Positions 1 through 13,941 of a stretch of 64,000 nucleotides of DNA are shown here, in pieces; positions within the stretch are counted from its first letter, which is position 1; every line of letters starts with the position of its first letter. A program made the translations under genes and the position numbers. The stretch is from assembly GCA_000934665.2 (NCBI GenBank), contig KZ538009.1, positions 1 through 64,000 of the forward strand, written 5' to 3'. The notes beneath the pieces are model-generated. The model saw only the letters and a program-made list of their open reading frames with translations. It was not told where the DNA came from and did no database searches. Origin of the DNA: Catajapyx aquilonaris (taxonomy: Eukaryota).

Positions 1-405
1 ACTCTTATGCCTATCTGACCAAACCCACGCTTCACTACCATACATAAGTGAAGGAACAATAACGTGAGAATAGACAGACAACCTACAGGCAGAAGATGAG
101 TCCTTATTTCTAGAAAACTTACTTGTGGCACCTATTACTTTCAACCCAGAACTAACTCTCCTGTCTATTTCCCCATCCATTCTACCATTACTCTCAAGGA
201 CACTACCCAGGTATACAAACTGGCTGACCTGCTCAACCAGTTTTCCTCGTACCTGCAACGTACAAGGAGAAACCTGCTGCCCCCTCTCAAATACCAATAC
301 CTTAGTCTTATCTACGTTAATCCTCATACCCCTCTTTCCACAAACATTATCTAACTTGCCTAGGATCAACTGTAAATCAGCCTCACTCTCCGCCAGAAAC
401 AACAC
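1..405 (-). mobile_element. 5'-truncated non-LTR retrotransposon (RTE-like LINE), C-terminal part of the reverse transcriptase ORF; continues beyond the left edge
   Basis: The minus strand 405->1 is stop-free for 135 codons: VLFLAESEADLQLILGKLDNVCGKRGMRINVDKTKVLVF...VEQVSQFVYLGSVLESNGRMDGEIDRRV...LSVYSHVIVPSLMYGSEAW. It shows the motifs that follow YADD in LINE RTs (LAES..DLQ, G..IN..KTK, F.YLGS, EI.RR, P.L.YGSE.W), typical of the RTE clade. Similarity stops just after where YADD would be. Confidence 0.88.
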
Positions 406-3400
406 ACTATTTCGTTGCTACTGTAACCAGTATTGTAAAAGCTCTTTGATTAATAATTTCAACTGAAGTGACTATACTATTCTTCCAAAACCTCCCGCGC
501 ATCACCACAACTTACAGGATTTTCTAGGGATATTTTGAATTGTCTTCTAAATTCCCCTTAGGCCCTGATATACATACAATCATTATGGCGAAGATAATTT
601 TTCACTTCACACTGCAGTTGTTCCACGTAATTAGCAGGTCATGCAATCAAAAAAGCGTGTCCTCCTTTTTTTGGCCTTTGTTTGCTCAGGTGGAACGGAC
701 CTTGAAACTAATCCGAGAGTTAACTAACCAAGTTAGCCCTCCAAACGAGCGTAATTCCTCGAAACTAATTGACATCACCGCAAACTGCAACAGCATTTTG
801 AGAATTATCTTGACGCCAAGTACACGGTTGAAATGAGTTTTTCTAGGAAAAAGAAAAGTAATTCCTCTGAGGATTGCAGCTTATCTCTTGGGCTGGGTCG
901 CGTCTCATCGCCGAAGAAAATAATCGCCGCACAATGAGCTCTGTGTAACTGGGCGTTTTTTTGTCATTTTTCATTTCTTTCTATCCTTTTTTTTTTTTCG
1001 TGGATGGGTTGGTGGAATGTTGCGGCGGGTGATGCGAAACGAGGTCTTCTGGGTCCCACGAGAGAAGCCAAAGAGCGCCTGGCGTTAATGCAGCCAGGTG
1101 ACGCAGCCTGCATCCTTGTTTATTCACCGCCATTCATCCTAAACATGATAAATAGCTTCTGGAATAAGTATTTCGCTTTGGATGCTGCCGCCGCCTCCTC
1201 TGGTAGAGGGAAATGGAGTGCAAAACCACAAAATGAGAAAGGGAACAGTGCTGAGGTGTTTGCTATGTCGCCGTTGTTGCTTGCGAATATTGCAAAGAAT
1301 TTTGATTGATTGATTGCGGTAATACATAGTGAAGGAATATAAAAAAGCGTCTCATGCAATATGGGTGGTGTTATGCAATAATGTGTCAAACCACAAAAAT
1401 GTCAACATTGGGTCAAGCCCAGGAACCGGATCGTACTTCATTCAGCTAAAATCAATCTGGCAAAATCTGCATACATATGCCATAAATGACCGAAAGGGAC
1501 TTAATGTGTGACATTCAAAGCCATTTTTCTAAAAACTGGTGGGTTGACTCATTATTGCATACCACCATCCATATATGCCATTTATTTATCAGAAAGGCCA
1601 GGCAAACTCTGCTGGGATTGTTAATAATTGGCTCTCCAGCAGCAGGTATGGATGAAGTAGTGTAATGTATAAAATATTACTGTCGATAATATCCGTTTTG
1701 AAAGTAGGTCGCATTTATATGGAACTATTCCCCTATACCACCAGGCGCAAAATGTAGCCCATTAAAATTAACGTGGCAGATTATTATGACACATTTCTTT
1801 CATATACGAGGTAGTTTTCCAAATGATTACATCAAATGGTCATTAATTGCTTATCCGGAAGAAGTGGAGCTAAAATTCAAAATGATTATTTTGAATCGGC
1901 CCAACAACTCAGATACCTTACAGACTCTGCATCGAGTAGGTCCCCCCTCCCTTTTAAGTCTGCATAAGTGCATGTTTTTCCTCCACAGAGCGGCGGATTA
2001 CATTCCCACAAGATTAAGTTTGTGCAGTTGACTCGAGGGAATGGGTGCAATTTTCCTGCTCGAAATCTTCCTACTTTTGGGGAACCCAGGTTTTTGGGAG
2101 GCCCGGCTGTGTTTTCTGCTTGGCGCGCCTGCTGCTGCCTCCCTCATCTTCTCATTCCTATTTTCTTTTGTGAACCACCACCCTACCACCCACAATAAAC
2201 GCTGCAAGCAAAATTAGCAACCCAGATGAAGTTGTAGCCAGAAACACTTGGGCTTAAAACTCTTGCCGAAAAAGGAAAAGTGCTGCTGGTGGGAGGGGAC
2301 ATTCAAACCAACAGGTGCGAATACTGTCCCTCTTTATATTTGTGCAAAAAAAAAGAAAGAAAAAAAGTGGGGGGATTATGGAGCAAGTTACGCTTAATTG
2401 AAATCAAATGCGGATTTAAGCGGATTACGACAACCAATATTAGGCTTAATATGCTGAATATGCATGGTTCGTGGCCTTGGGGGCTTAATTTGGTGGAAAT
2501 CATTGCGTGAAATATTCTCTCGAAAAGCAGGTATATAGAGATGGAGAGATATTTGGCATTATTTGCTCGTCCTCGTCTCTGATAGATTTTGCAAGACATT
2601 GAGCCGAATTCGTGGGGTGGTGTTGGTAGTAGTTTGGGTGGCGGGAAGGATTATTTTCCAGTCAGGAGGAAGTTGCATGAAGGGTGATCAATACTAGAGT
2701 TTGGAAGGATTTGCAGCTGCTGCTCATAACATATTAACCGAATTAGGGCAAAGGATGGGGACGCTTCTGGGATGCGATGGATTTCAAGGGAGAGTCAGAT
2801 GAAGAGACCAGTTTTTATATACGGAGCGAAATTTGCAAATTGGATACCCCCTTTGAAACGACAATAGGATTAATATTACTGGCCACTAAAAAGGTCATCT
2901 TCCAACTTATATCGTGAATAAAAATAAGAAATATGCATGATCTATTCAGCCTACTGAAAAGCAGATAAATGTACCAGTATTTCAATAAGCAGCACTACCT
3001 GTTTTTTTAGGTGGACCCGTCAGCTTTAGTCGGCGCCTCCGGTCTAATTATACAAAATAATACAGGCCCCTGATATTTGGAACGGTAATCCTGCTCTGCA
3101 CATCACTTTCCTCCGGAGGATCTCATACTAAGTCCGAAACGGGCTAATGGTTATTGACATTCTCATCGCCATCGGGTACTATTATAGACCCATAATCTGC
3201 ATGGAACAGTACAAAGTTTGCTTCGGGGACTCAAATTCATTCTCCATTTTTGTCTGAAACCTATTAACCGGGGATAGGACGGCCTTAGGCCCGATCTACT
3301 TTACCCTTTACCCCCTGTATACATATATACCAAAGCACAAAAACAACCTCAGGTTTCTTTTGGGACATAACAATAAATTCTTCTATTACCGAAATTTGGA

Positions 3401-6400
3401 CCAATTTGGATGACTTGAACTAGCACTTTTCCTTCATTTCTCCGGAAAAAACTTGCTATTGGCTTGAAGGGAGCTTATGCGCATTTACATGAATGGGTTT
3501 TCTTTTTCGATTATCATAAATGCACCTCTCTTGGTCCTTGTCATTGACATATCTTTTATATATCATCAGAGAAAGGGGACGGAGGAAGGGAAAAGGAGGA
3601 AATATTTTTGAAGGTGACGAGGAAGGTCTAATGGCCACTTTTCATCCGAAATGGAGGAGAAAGGAAATGCTGGAGAAAATGGAGCCACTGAATCAATAGA
3701 TAAAAAGGAGAAGATAAAAATGAGGAGGTTTTAAGATTCTGAAAATGAATTACCGTTGTGGATGCCTCGAGGAAAGGTTGAAACAATATTTTCCCTCCCG
3801 ACTATAAGTTGCTACAGAGATGCCGGATGTGATTAAATGTACACGAATCGTCGGAAACAACAGCATTTATTATTAAACATTACGTTATTTTAAAGGTATG
3901 TTTGAAGCTTTAATATTGTATATTGGCCCTTCTAACAAAACAAGCATATTTACATTAATTTTGTTGTTTTTAATGTACAGTGCTGTACAGTCCGTCGTAT
4001 ATTACTAAAATATTGCGATGGCGATAACAACAGGTGGTTAACAAAATGTTTATTGCATGTCAGAGTAATATCCACAAAATTACGGGAACCATATTATTGT
4101 TGCTTCTGTTTCGCAATATTTACAGTACTTACATGTTATTTATTATTAACCTTTACCTTGCTGGGAGTATATCCGATCTGACAAAATTATACTCTGATTA
4201 TGATGAATTTTCCCAGTGAGCCACACAGATAAATTACATTTTATTCGTGTTGATGCTCCTTGATTGTTTATGTGCCCTTTGTCACACCTGATTTCCTCAT
4301 AAAGTTCCGGATTTTCCGAGACCGGAAGGAAAGGTTGGGGGCGAGATTTGCAGCGAAAACAGGGGGGGTGGAGACCAGTGTGCCGGACGCAGTCACTCCT
4401 TTAATCCTTTTGCACCGCAATTCCGGAGAGTTTTCTAGACGAAGAGCTGGATCCGGGCAAGGAAAGGAAGGAGCCCGAGACGGCTGTAAATCCGATTCCG
4501 AGTCCTCCGAAAAACCAGGAGAAACTTTTTGTACAACTATTAGTTCTCTCTTTCTTTTTTTTTCCCCCATCCTCTTCCAAGCACAGCCTTGAGAAAGGTA
4601 AATCAGCAATTAAGAGAGCGCATCGCCCTCATTCAATTATGCCTGTTGGGACGGACAGGATTAACTCAATTGAACCATCTCTATTTTTGAAAAAAAAAGT
4701 ACGAGCTCTAAATCAGAGTTGATCCGAGTCTATTCTGTGATAATGAATGGCGAGTTGGTCAAGGGAACGCACCTGAAACTTTCCATTTCCAAAAGGGCCG
4801 ACCTACCCCGGGACAACAAAGGAGCGGGCTTAATTCAATCTGGGCTCTGATTATTTATTGGTGGGTAGAATTTAATGTGATGGAGCAGACGGTAATGAAT
4901 TTGACCTGGTGCGTAACGAGCTGGTTGCACCAATAAAATAGTGTCGAGGGAGGTGCAATTGCGTGTGTGCCGCAGATGATGACGGTGTTTATAACGGGAG
5001 CGACAGAATTGTGCTAATCAACCTTGGTTTGATTGTAATCAATGTCGCGTTTGTTTATGGGGTTTCCACCCTCCAAACTAAAGGTACAATGCCTTGTTGT
5101 ACGTGATGTGGTGCCGCACATGGATTTTAAAGAGTCAGGAAGTACTTTTTGCTAATAAATTATGTAAATTTGTGAGTAGATTAATTTTGTTTTACACACT
5201 GAATTACATAGTGACATTAGTGTGTTTCACACTTAGGAACATCCTTCGTTACTGAAGTTGATTAGAAGCAACTAGGTAGGGTTGCATCCTTAGAGAAAAA
5301 GAAGGACGTCTAGTACGTAACGCAACGGCCGCATATCCCGCATTCCTCCCGAGTGGAAATCCAATTTAGCAGTTAGCTGATGGAGGACAATACAGGATGT
5401 AGGCTAACCCACTTGAATGGCGGCATTACCAGGAGGCATGTGGCGGCGAGTCCCAATCCGGAGCTAAGACGCCCGGAGAGACTGTCTGGCAGAAGAGGCG
5501 TTGAGAAAGTTGTTTACTGCTGACGGAAGCCCCTTTCTCTTTGATGAAACCAGAAGGACAGCCGCTTCCGCCAGTTTGCCTCAAACGGGTTTAACTTAAT
5601 CGAACCCTTCCGGCCCAGGGAATTCCGAAGGGTCTCCTTTTCCAATTGGCTCTCTTGCTCTCCACTAGGTTGACTAGGTAGATGGCAGCACTGTGGGCTA
5701 GATGGCAGCACCGGGACGCGCATGCGTATTCAAACCGCCCGATAACCCATAAGTAGTAGCGTGGAAGCAATTTCCCCCTGGAAATATCATCCAAGTGTCA
5801 TGTCTGAGAGAAATGCAAAAAAAAATGAACTTTGCACAATAGGTCCGCTTTCTAAGATGTGCAGCAGCGGTGCAAAAGCGCCCTCCTCTTGTTTTCATGG
5901 TGGAAGTGTGAGTAATTCGGCGTTAGGGGAGTGAGAACAGGAAGTTTGCATTAAAAGCTCATGACTCTGGGTTTACGTCCCTTCCCCAGAGTGTTGCCAA
6001 CTTGCTCTCATGGAAAACGGAACTTGCCTGCACGCAATTTTAGGGACGAGATCTGTCCCTTGATAGTCGCATAGTTTTCGCAAGCTTCTCCTTTCTCTCT
6101 CTCTCTCTAGATCCAACCAGGCGGAGATGCAGAAATTTCGGCGAAAACCGGACAGCAACGTAGGGCAGAGCAGCTGACTCTGGCTAAATTTACTCCCAGT
6201 TTTTGATCGCTTTTATTAAGCCAACCTACCCCCTTATTTGTCATGACCGCACACTACAGTAGCTTAGTTCTGTAAGCGACCCAAACCGCGGACTGGGGCA
6301 TATTGGGTTAGGGTCCAGAAAGGACCAAGTGAGGAGAACAATATGTGGGCACACAAGTGCGGTTAGGTGATAAATGACTGGCCCGGCTATTATTCAGTGG

Positions 6401-6567
6401 ATGAACCTAGATGTGGAGGGGGGGGAGGGATATTTCACGGGATTTTGCACGACGACAATGGCCGGACGTGCCAAACGTGCACAATTGAAAGAATTATGTT
6501 GTCACATATGGCCTGCTGTGCCACTCCCCCAATCCATCCATTCATCTCTCGCTTCATGGACTGTTAT

Positions 6568-6587
6568 AGAGAGAGAGAGAGAGAGAG
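6568..6587 (+). repeat. (AG)10 microsatellite
   Basis: Read directly from the sequence. Confidence 0.9.
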
Positions 6588-9500
6588 GCTTTATTATCCG
6601 GGGTTGGAGCATCGATTAACTGGTCAGAGGCTTGGATGATGGGATGACAAGTTTTGGGGGCAAGTATGTCATGCTCGGGGCAAGGTGGTGGCATTACAAG
6701 GCGCCACTAATTGCAACATCTTGCTCTGCTTAGTAACCCCCTCTGTTCATAAGCATAAGGACGTCAGCATGTGGCCCTGCTCTCAAGCACGCACCACGAC
6801 TCACGCGCTTGAACTTGCCACGAGGCCAAGTTCGCAAATCCCTGTTAAAGTGACAAAAACAGCTGCCCTTGTCGGAAGATCCATTAAGGCAACATATTAA
6901 ACACATTATGGACTGTAACTCTCAAAATGATCTGAGACGTTTCCACATTTTTTAGTTAAAGAAACTTTCCGTGCACGCAAAAATGCTTCATAAATGTGAG
7001 GAGAAAACGGTGTAAACAAAACCGGACAGAATCCGGGAGTGATTAGCAATCAGACTGAAATTTTCATCTGGCCTGCTGGACCGGTCACACAGATGAGACG
7101 GCCTTTCTCTCTCTCCGTGAGTCTCTCGGACAGCCTGGTGGCCAGAGGCTGATTTAAACTAATTATCTGGGGCGGAACTAATCAGCTGTGACCACGACCC
7201 ATCAGCAGGGGTCCAGCAATGAATCTCCCAGCACTTGTCCGCTGCTGCAGCTAAGGAGCCCAAAGGCCCACTCTTGCCACTCTCATTTACATCTGCAAAT
7301 AAGCAGCTTGCTCCACTGTACATACAGTATACAAGGGGCTCCCAGGCTGAGTCAGGGAGAGAGAGAGAACCTCAATTGGAAAAGTTTTTCACAAACTTGG
7401 GTCAAACTGGGTCAACATTTTCGAGTGGTTTTGGTCGCAAAATAGTGGAATTTGGGTATGCGCACTGCGGGCTTCACTAAAATATATTGCAGTTTATATC
7501 GCGCCAAATAATAATAAGAATCCTGCACGAAAATATTTTGCAAAATATTTCAACATGAAAGCATAATAATGCACTATTCCATTAAAATAATGTAATATTG
7601 CAATTTGTACAATTCGCACGAAAGTATTATAATATTTGAGGCTTGCAAGTTAGGCCCTAGGAAACATTATTTTAATCATGGATAAACATGTAAATTGCAT
7701 GGTACATAGCAGCTCGCTCCTTTCTCCATATGCATGAGCCTTTCATGTACTGTAATTCCTCGCAAAATAAAGTATGCGCTTTATAGCTTCATTAGTGCGT
7801 CTTATAAATATTTGTGCATCCTATTTTCAATTCCGGGACTCGCTCTTTGAACCACGAATATCGTGATAAATAGAGTTCTAATTACAAATTACCAAGCTGC
7901 CATGTTTCAATTACTTGCTGGCAGCGTCTTGCTTGCATATTAACCAGGCGGGCTCCACGCCAGGAAATCTTCAGACCTTTCGACAACGCCCGTGCAAAAC
8001 ATTTAACATAATTTTATGCGCTTTTGACTCCAGCCAGGTTGCCATTTTTGCTACGACTCTCACCCTCTATTTTTCTATGCATTTTGGCACAACATTAATT
8101 CGTAACAAATTTCATGAATTTCCCAACTCGCACTATCCACGGTAGTTTTGCTTTTAAATTTGTATTGAGCCTGCTGGAGTTGTCCATGCTGCAGAGTTGT
8201 GTACATCTGCATTTATTTAAATAGCTGCAAGAGTGCTTTCATGCCATATACAGTAGGTGCGTATGTGCCGAGGAGGATTGAGGCCAAAGCCCCCGAAGCA
8301 GCAGCAGCAGCGGCAACAACAAAGAGAATGAATTATACGAGGCCTGGTGTCCCGCTCTATGTTGCCGGACCGGCTTTTATTGGATAAATGAGGCCATGTG
8401 TGTATGTGTGTGTCCGGCCTGGTGTTTATTGTAGGCGACGCCATCTTTTGTCCCGTTTTCATTCGGACCGGACACACCTCATGGTGGCACTTTTTGCCTC
8501 CCAAGATATTTACGCCACTCAAAATGGGTTCAGGGGAGTAATCATCTCCGCGTTTATTTGCTGGGGACGACTGATATATATCAGCCGGACCTGCGCTGCT
8601 GGAAATGTAATGTGGCCTTTAAACGTACGTGAGCCCCATTTAATATGTGTCTGGATGGCCAGAAATTTTCAGCAAGTGCGTTTCTTTATCAATTTACTAG
8701 TTGTTCCGGCTTCAGTTGTTCTGCTCTTGAAGCTTGCCTAAGAACCCAAGGGTTGTATCTCATCCGGAGAAGGCGTGAATAAAAAGCTTGCAGTGCTGGC
8801 ACGTTATAGAGGCATCAGTGGCCAAGGTGGCTGCGGAAAGGTCACATTTCCATCGAGAGGAAAAGCCTTGCATTTGCGGTGAGTGTATGTGTAGTTTCAG
8901 ACCTCCAGCATTTTACGTCTCCCAGCTCGCGAAAGCGTCCACATAAAGCGGCTCATTTGGTAAGGTGATCGATTCGGCCCGGGACAACTCCCCCCTACCT
9001 CTACAAGCCTTTTCTACGAGATGCAGGAAAGAAGGAAAAAAAAAGAAGTAGAGAAAAAGTGTAAGGAGAAATAGAGGGAAAAAAAGAGAGGACCATTTGG
9101 AGCCTCAGATAATAACGTTTTGCACTGCTCGATGGAGACTTTCCCTGCCGCGAAAAAGGGGGCATTTTCGCCAACCACATGACTTTTTCGCCACCTCGCT
9201 TCTCTCCCAACTCCTTCAATTTTCCTGGGATACTGCCAGGATGTGACGTCTAAACTGAGCTTTTGATGTGTGCTGGCTTACAAATAATTTTTATCATTGC
9301 CCCACCTCCCAACTCTCTAGGCTGCACTGAAACAATTTCGCAAACTGTCAGCCTTAGGATATGTGGGGGAAGTGTTTCTCTTCGCGGTCTATATATACCT
9401 AGCAATGAGAAAAACAATATTTGCAATGTTAAATTCTCCCTGTAGCACTTTCATGTAATCTAAACTTAATTAAAATTACAGATAGGACTTTAAAATACGA

Positions 9501-10941
9501 TTGGTAGGTTACAGACTGGCAAACTAATTATGTACAGCTCGAAATTTTCATTACTCGAGTTTTTGATATAATAAGTTGTTCCGAACCAAACAATTATTAA
9601 TTCCTTAATGATAAAATTGACCGTTACGAACCTATTGGTCAAAGGTCAAAGGTTCCAGATGCCAATGTTAAAAATGCTGCCGATATTTAACACACTGTTA
9701 GAAGCCACTATATTTATGACAACCTCTAAAAATAACCATTTAAAAGTAACAGCTAATTAGCAATTAAGTACCGCAAATAGGCAACTGACAGCCTGGACAG
9801 CGAGGTTGGATTATCATGCATGTTAAGTTATGTACGTAATTAATAATGAATGTCCTTTATACTGCAGCATACCACGACCTATTTGTATAAAATGATTTAT
9901 ATACAGTATATTGTTCATAGCATATTAATATTCTGGTACGTAACTGAGTAGACCTATTTGTACCTTCCTAATTAAACACAGCCATATCAAATTATAATAA
10001 TAATATGATGATACAGTATTAATCCAATTCAGTTAAACAACATAATACACATGGTGTCCAACGAGAAAAAAACTGACATTTGCAGATTTTATGTTATTTA
10101 GTTATTATTCGGCACGCAGAATGTACTGTATTATGCTAAATCTATTAGTTGATATAACCTTTGAAGTCCCCAACAAACGAAAACCAGGAAAGAATAATTG
10201 CAAAACGAGACCGCCGAACTTTGGAGAGAGAGAAAAAAAAGGGGGCATGAGCAAGCAGCATATTGGTCATGCTCGCAATTAGTTGACGCGCATAACGGCG
10301 GTTAAATCACGTACCGTGCATGTTGCTGCAACAAGGCAGCGCCGAAATGGTTTTCACATTATCTCCTATAAACCGTACCAAAACGTCCAGGGCTTTAAAA
10401 AAAACGAGAGAGACAGAAAAAAAAACATTGTAGCCACATGTGGGGGTGGTCCTATGCGTGCTTATCTGCAGTCGTGAGGACTTGTGTTTGGGACCTGCGA
10501 TTATCCCCCTGGCGCTGTGTATTTTTTAACGACTAGCAGGGACATATTTAATGGCCGGCGTGACTCTTTTTATATTAGCCAAGAGATGTTTGGATTCCAT
10601 ACATAACTAAAATGCAGCAAGGACCGCCCCCCCCAAAAAAAAACTCAGGACCCACCGACATGATGAGAGTCATTAAATACGCATTTTAATCGCGCAATTA
10701 GCAAAGCCCTGCCAAGAGATTAATGGCGTATTAGCACGAGGCAACGCATAAAAAAACACCGACCACCCTTTTACTGATTGGGCGACGTTAATTATTACGA
10801 GCGGAGAGAGCACTTGCCTGTTTCTTAATGCCTAGATTTTCACATTGTTGCCCAACAATCGCGAGCTGGATTTGGGGCCCTCCGCCAGCAGATTATGATT
10901 AACCTTAAACGATTGAATCGATGGATCCACTAGGGACCGGT

Positions 10942-10963
10942 TCTCTCTCTCTCTCTCTCTCTC
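10942..10963 (+). repeat. (TC)11 microsatellite
   Basis: Read directly from the sequence. Confidence 0.9.
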
Positions 10964-11618
10964 TTTTTATTTTTATCTGGAGGGGATATCAGAGCGGCTA
11001 TTAAAAATCGCTCAAGTAAGCCCTCCATAACCCAGGCTGCGATATGGATGGCCCTCAGTGTAGGATCTAGCCAACGGTTTTTATATGGGGGAGACCGGGC
11101 TATTGCCATGTGCGGTGCAGGGGACTTTTGTTACAAGGTATAATAATCCTTTGCTGCTGGTATCTCATGACATACATTTCAAGGGGGTGGAGGAGTGGGT
11201 GGGAAGATCACCGGTTTGAAGAAAAAAAAACATGGTTTGGGGTTAGATGTACTTGCAAAGGATATTAGATGGGTTGGGTGTTGATGTTAGGAAGTGTGAT
11301 GCAGCATTTGCGGTGAGGAGAGGACAAGTAATGTGATAAAGAGGTTTGGATGGTCGTTTTCAAAATGTTTGCGACTAAGTGGTTTCGAATGGAGTGATCC
11401 AGTTTTCAATTATTACAGTCACGTGGTGTCAATATCAACACCACATGCTATGACGGGACTATTTTTTTGAATGACAAAAAATTATAATATAAAACCGATT
11501 TACAAGCAAAAGTAGACTGTATAACTGAAACTTTCAAATTCGTTTTTTTATCAGAGTGTAAAACTCTGTCATTTTAAAGGCACGTACGATTTCATTAAAA
11601 ATTACCTACACTGTACAG

Positions 11619-11663
11619 TAAGTGCTGATCCAGTAGATTAAAAATCAACTGGATCAGCACTTA
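11619..11663. repeat. 45-bp palindrome
   Basis: taagtgctgatccagt (11619-11634) is the exact reverse complement of actggatcagcactta (11648-11663), with an inner gatt/aatc pair. Confidence 0.7.
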
Positions 11664-13914
11664 TATATAGGTAATTTTTAATGAAACCAACAAGGTTGCA
11701 TAATCAGGCTAAAACTCCCCTTTTCACGTTAATGAACAACTATTTAGTTAGTGGATGCTTCATTACTGTAATTATTACGGTGTTTAAATTCGATGTACCC
11801 TACATACTGTACATCAGAATTTTTGTACTTCCTCAATCATCTAATCGCATTACAACTGTCGCGACTCAATTCCTGAACTTCTTATAAATTAGTTTAACTA
11901 CAGAAACGTAATATTCTGGAAGAACTTGCTAGCAAGCTTTGAGATCTCAATTACGTGTACAGTCATATCTTTATTAAGACACTTGTGCATAATAGTCTGA
12001 ATATCATGAAAGGGAAAGGGTAAAGCACAAAGCCAACTTCGCTCAAGTCCTTAAAACGACCTCAGTGTACTGTACGAAGACGAACAGCGACCTCGCTTAA
12101 TTCCTACTGTGCAATGTCCTCTCTCATTACGAGAACTACAAAGCAATCTCATCATTCAATGTTACAGGTTCATTATTAATAGCACATACAGGCCTCGGCG
12201 TAGAGGCTTTAGTACCACTGCTCTAGCTCTCAAGTGAACTGCCACAACTTTAATTATCCGGAAAGTGGAGAAATGCGAGCCGCAAGATGAAAGCGGGAAG
12301 GGGTTATCGGATATTCAAGAGCTGGTCAAAAACCACACGCAGGACCACATAGCCTTTGATCCTCCTCCACACACCTGCTCATAGAGAGCATGATCCCTGC
12401 CTTCATCACGACCATCTCATGACTTATATTCCACACCATGTTCACTCGTAGACTATATGAAATATCTAGTTTCCTCTTAAGGACATGTGTAGTTGGAATG
12501 ACAGACAGCGACGTTGGAAATGAACGCAAGGGGAGCATAACCCAAATCCCCTACGCTTTATCGCCAAGTACGTTTGCCACAGTACAACGCGCACTACTTA
12601 AACTACGCTTATTAACACCAACTCAGGCGCTTACAAGCGCTTTACAAGCGGGAGTTAAAATCCTTGCACCGAACAAACCTTAACAGGCTTTTCGCCCCCC
12701 ATAAGGTGGGCTGGCAGAGAATGCCTGGGCTGCAACGACAATTTTATATACCTCCCAGCGAGTTCACCCACTTATATTTGGCCCCCCTGACGTAGTTAGT
12801 GTATACGTATAATCCCCGCAGCCCTTATGCCCGAAATTGTTGTAAATCGGGGGCCATTACCTCCTACTTCCAGCCCTCCCAATTCGCCCTTTTCGGAATC
12901 GCTTCATTCATAACCGCAAACGAGATCGGAGCAGCAGCACATCCTACGTCTGGGGCCGAATGTAATGCAAACTTCCCCTCTCCACAAGTCCTCCAAAAAG
13001 CCTCTCCAATGCTCCCCATCTCAACCTCCCCCAGGACATGATGGCCCTCACAAAAAAATATTGCCCACAAACATCACTCCCTCGACTCTTATTCGCTGTC
13101 CTTCATCTCTTGCTTGTAGCCATATAGAGACAAATCTAAAATGTAGATCGAAAATTTAAATATTAAAAATCAAACACACCATACGAAATAATTCAACCTT
13201 CAAACTTTTGTTCAATGTGACTTACCGAAGCTTTTTCAAATGAGCTTAATTAATCCTCCCCTACTGTCCCCCCCCCCCGGAAAGTATATTAGTTATTAGT
13301 GGTACGTGGCGAAAGCGTCCGGTCAAACTTGTGACTCTAACCGATATTTAGGGCGAACCCTGGAGCCTCAGAAAATTAGCGAAATTGGATATTCATTAGC
13401 ATTCACGACGGGACCAAAGCGCATAAAAAGTTTAAACTTTCATACACTGTTTGAGCCCTGTTATCGTTCTATCAATCGCCACTCTCTCTCTCTCTCCCCT
13501 CCTCTTTTTCGCCTCCTCTCTCCGGGACAAATCCGGGGTTAATTCCGAGCTAATTCGCACTCAGGAGCTCCAGTCCCCTCCGCATTCTTAACTTTAGCGA
13601 AAATCATGCTCGCCAAAAAAAAAAATCGAGTTGGTGGGGAGATAAAGTTATCCACTTTCTCTTTCCATCACCGGCGCGTGATGTCTTATTTTTGCACACT
13701 TTTTTTAGCAAACATTTCCTCCACCCACATCCTCCCCTAAAGCCTCACAAAGGAACTCTAATCCCTTAAACCCCCTTCATTAGCGCAGGCAGGATGGGGA
13801 GGAAGAGGAGGGAGGGGGGGAGGGGTTATGCTCGGCATTCTCCGTTCAGCTCATTGTTAGCCGCAAGTCCTAAGACTCGGGGTATATACAACCCGAGCCC
13901 TGGTCTCCGTTCCT

Positions 13915-13941
13915 TCCTCCTCCTCCTCCTCCTCCTCCTCC
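13915..13941 (+). repeat. (TCC)9 microsatellite
   Basis: Read directly from the sequence. Confidence 0.9.

Noticed and set aside
125..466. Plus-strand 113-aa ORF
   Set aside because: It is the antisense shadow of the LINE RT frame on the minus strand.
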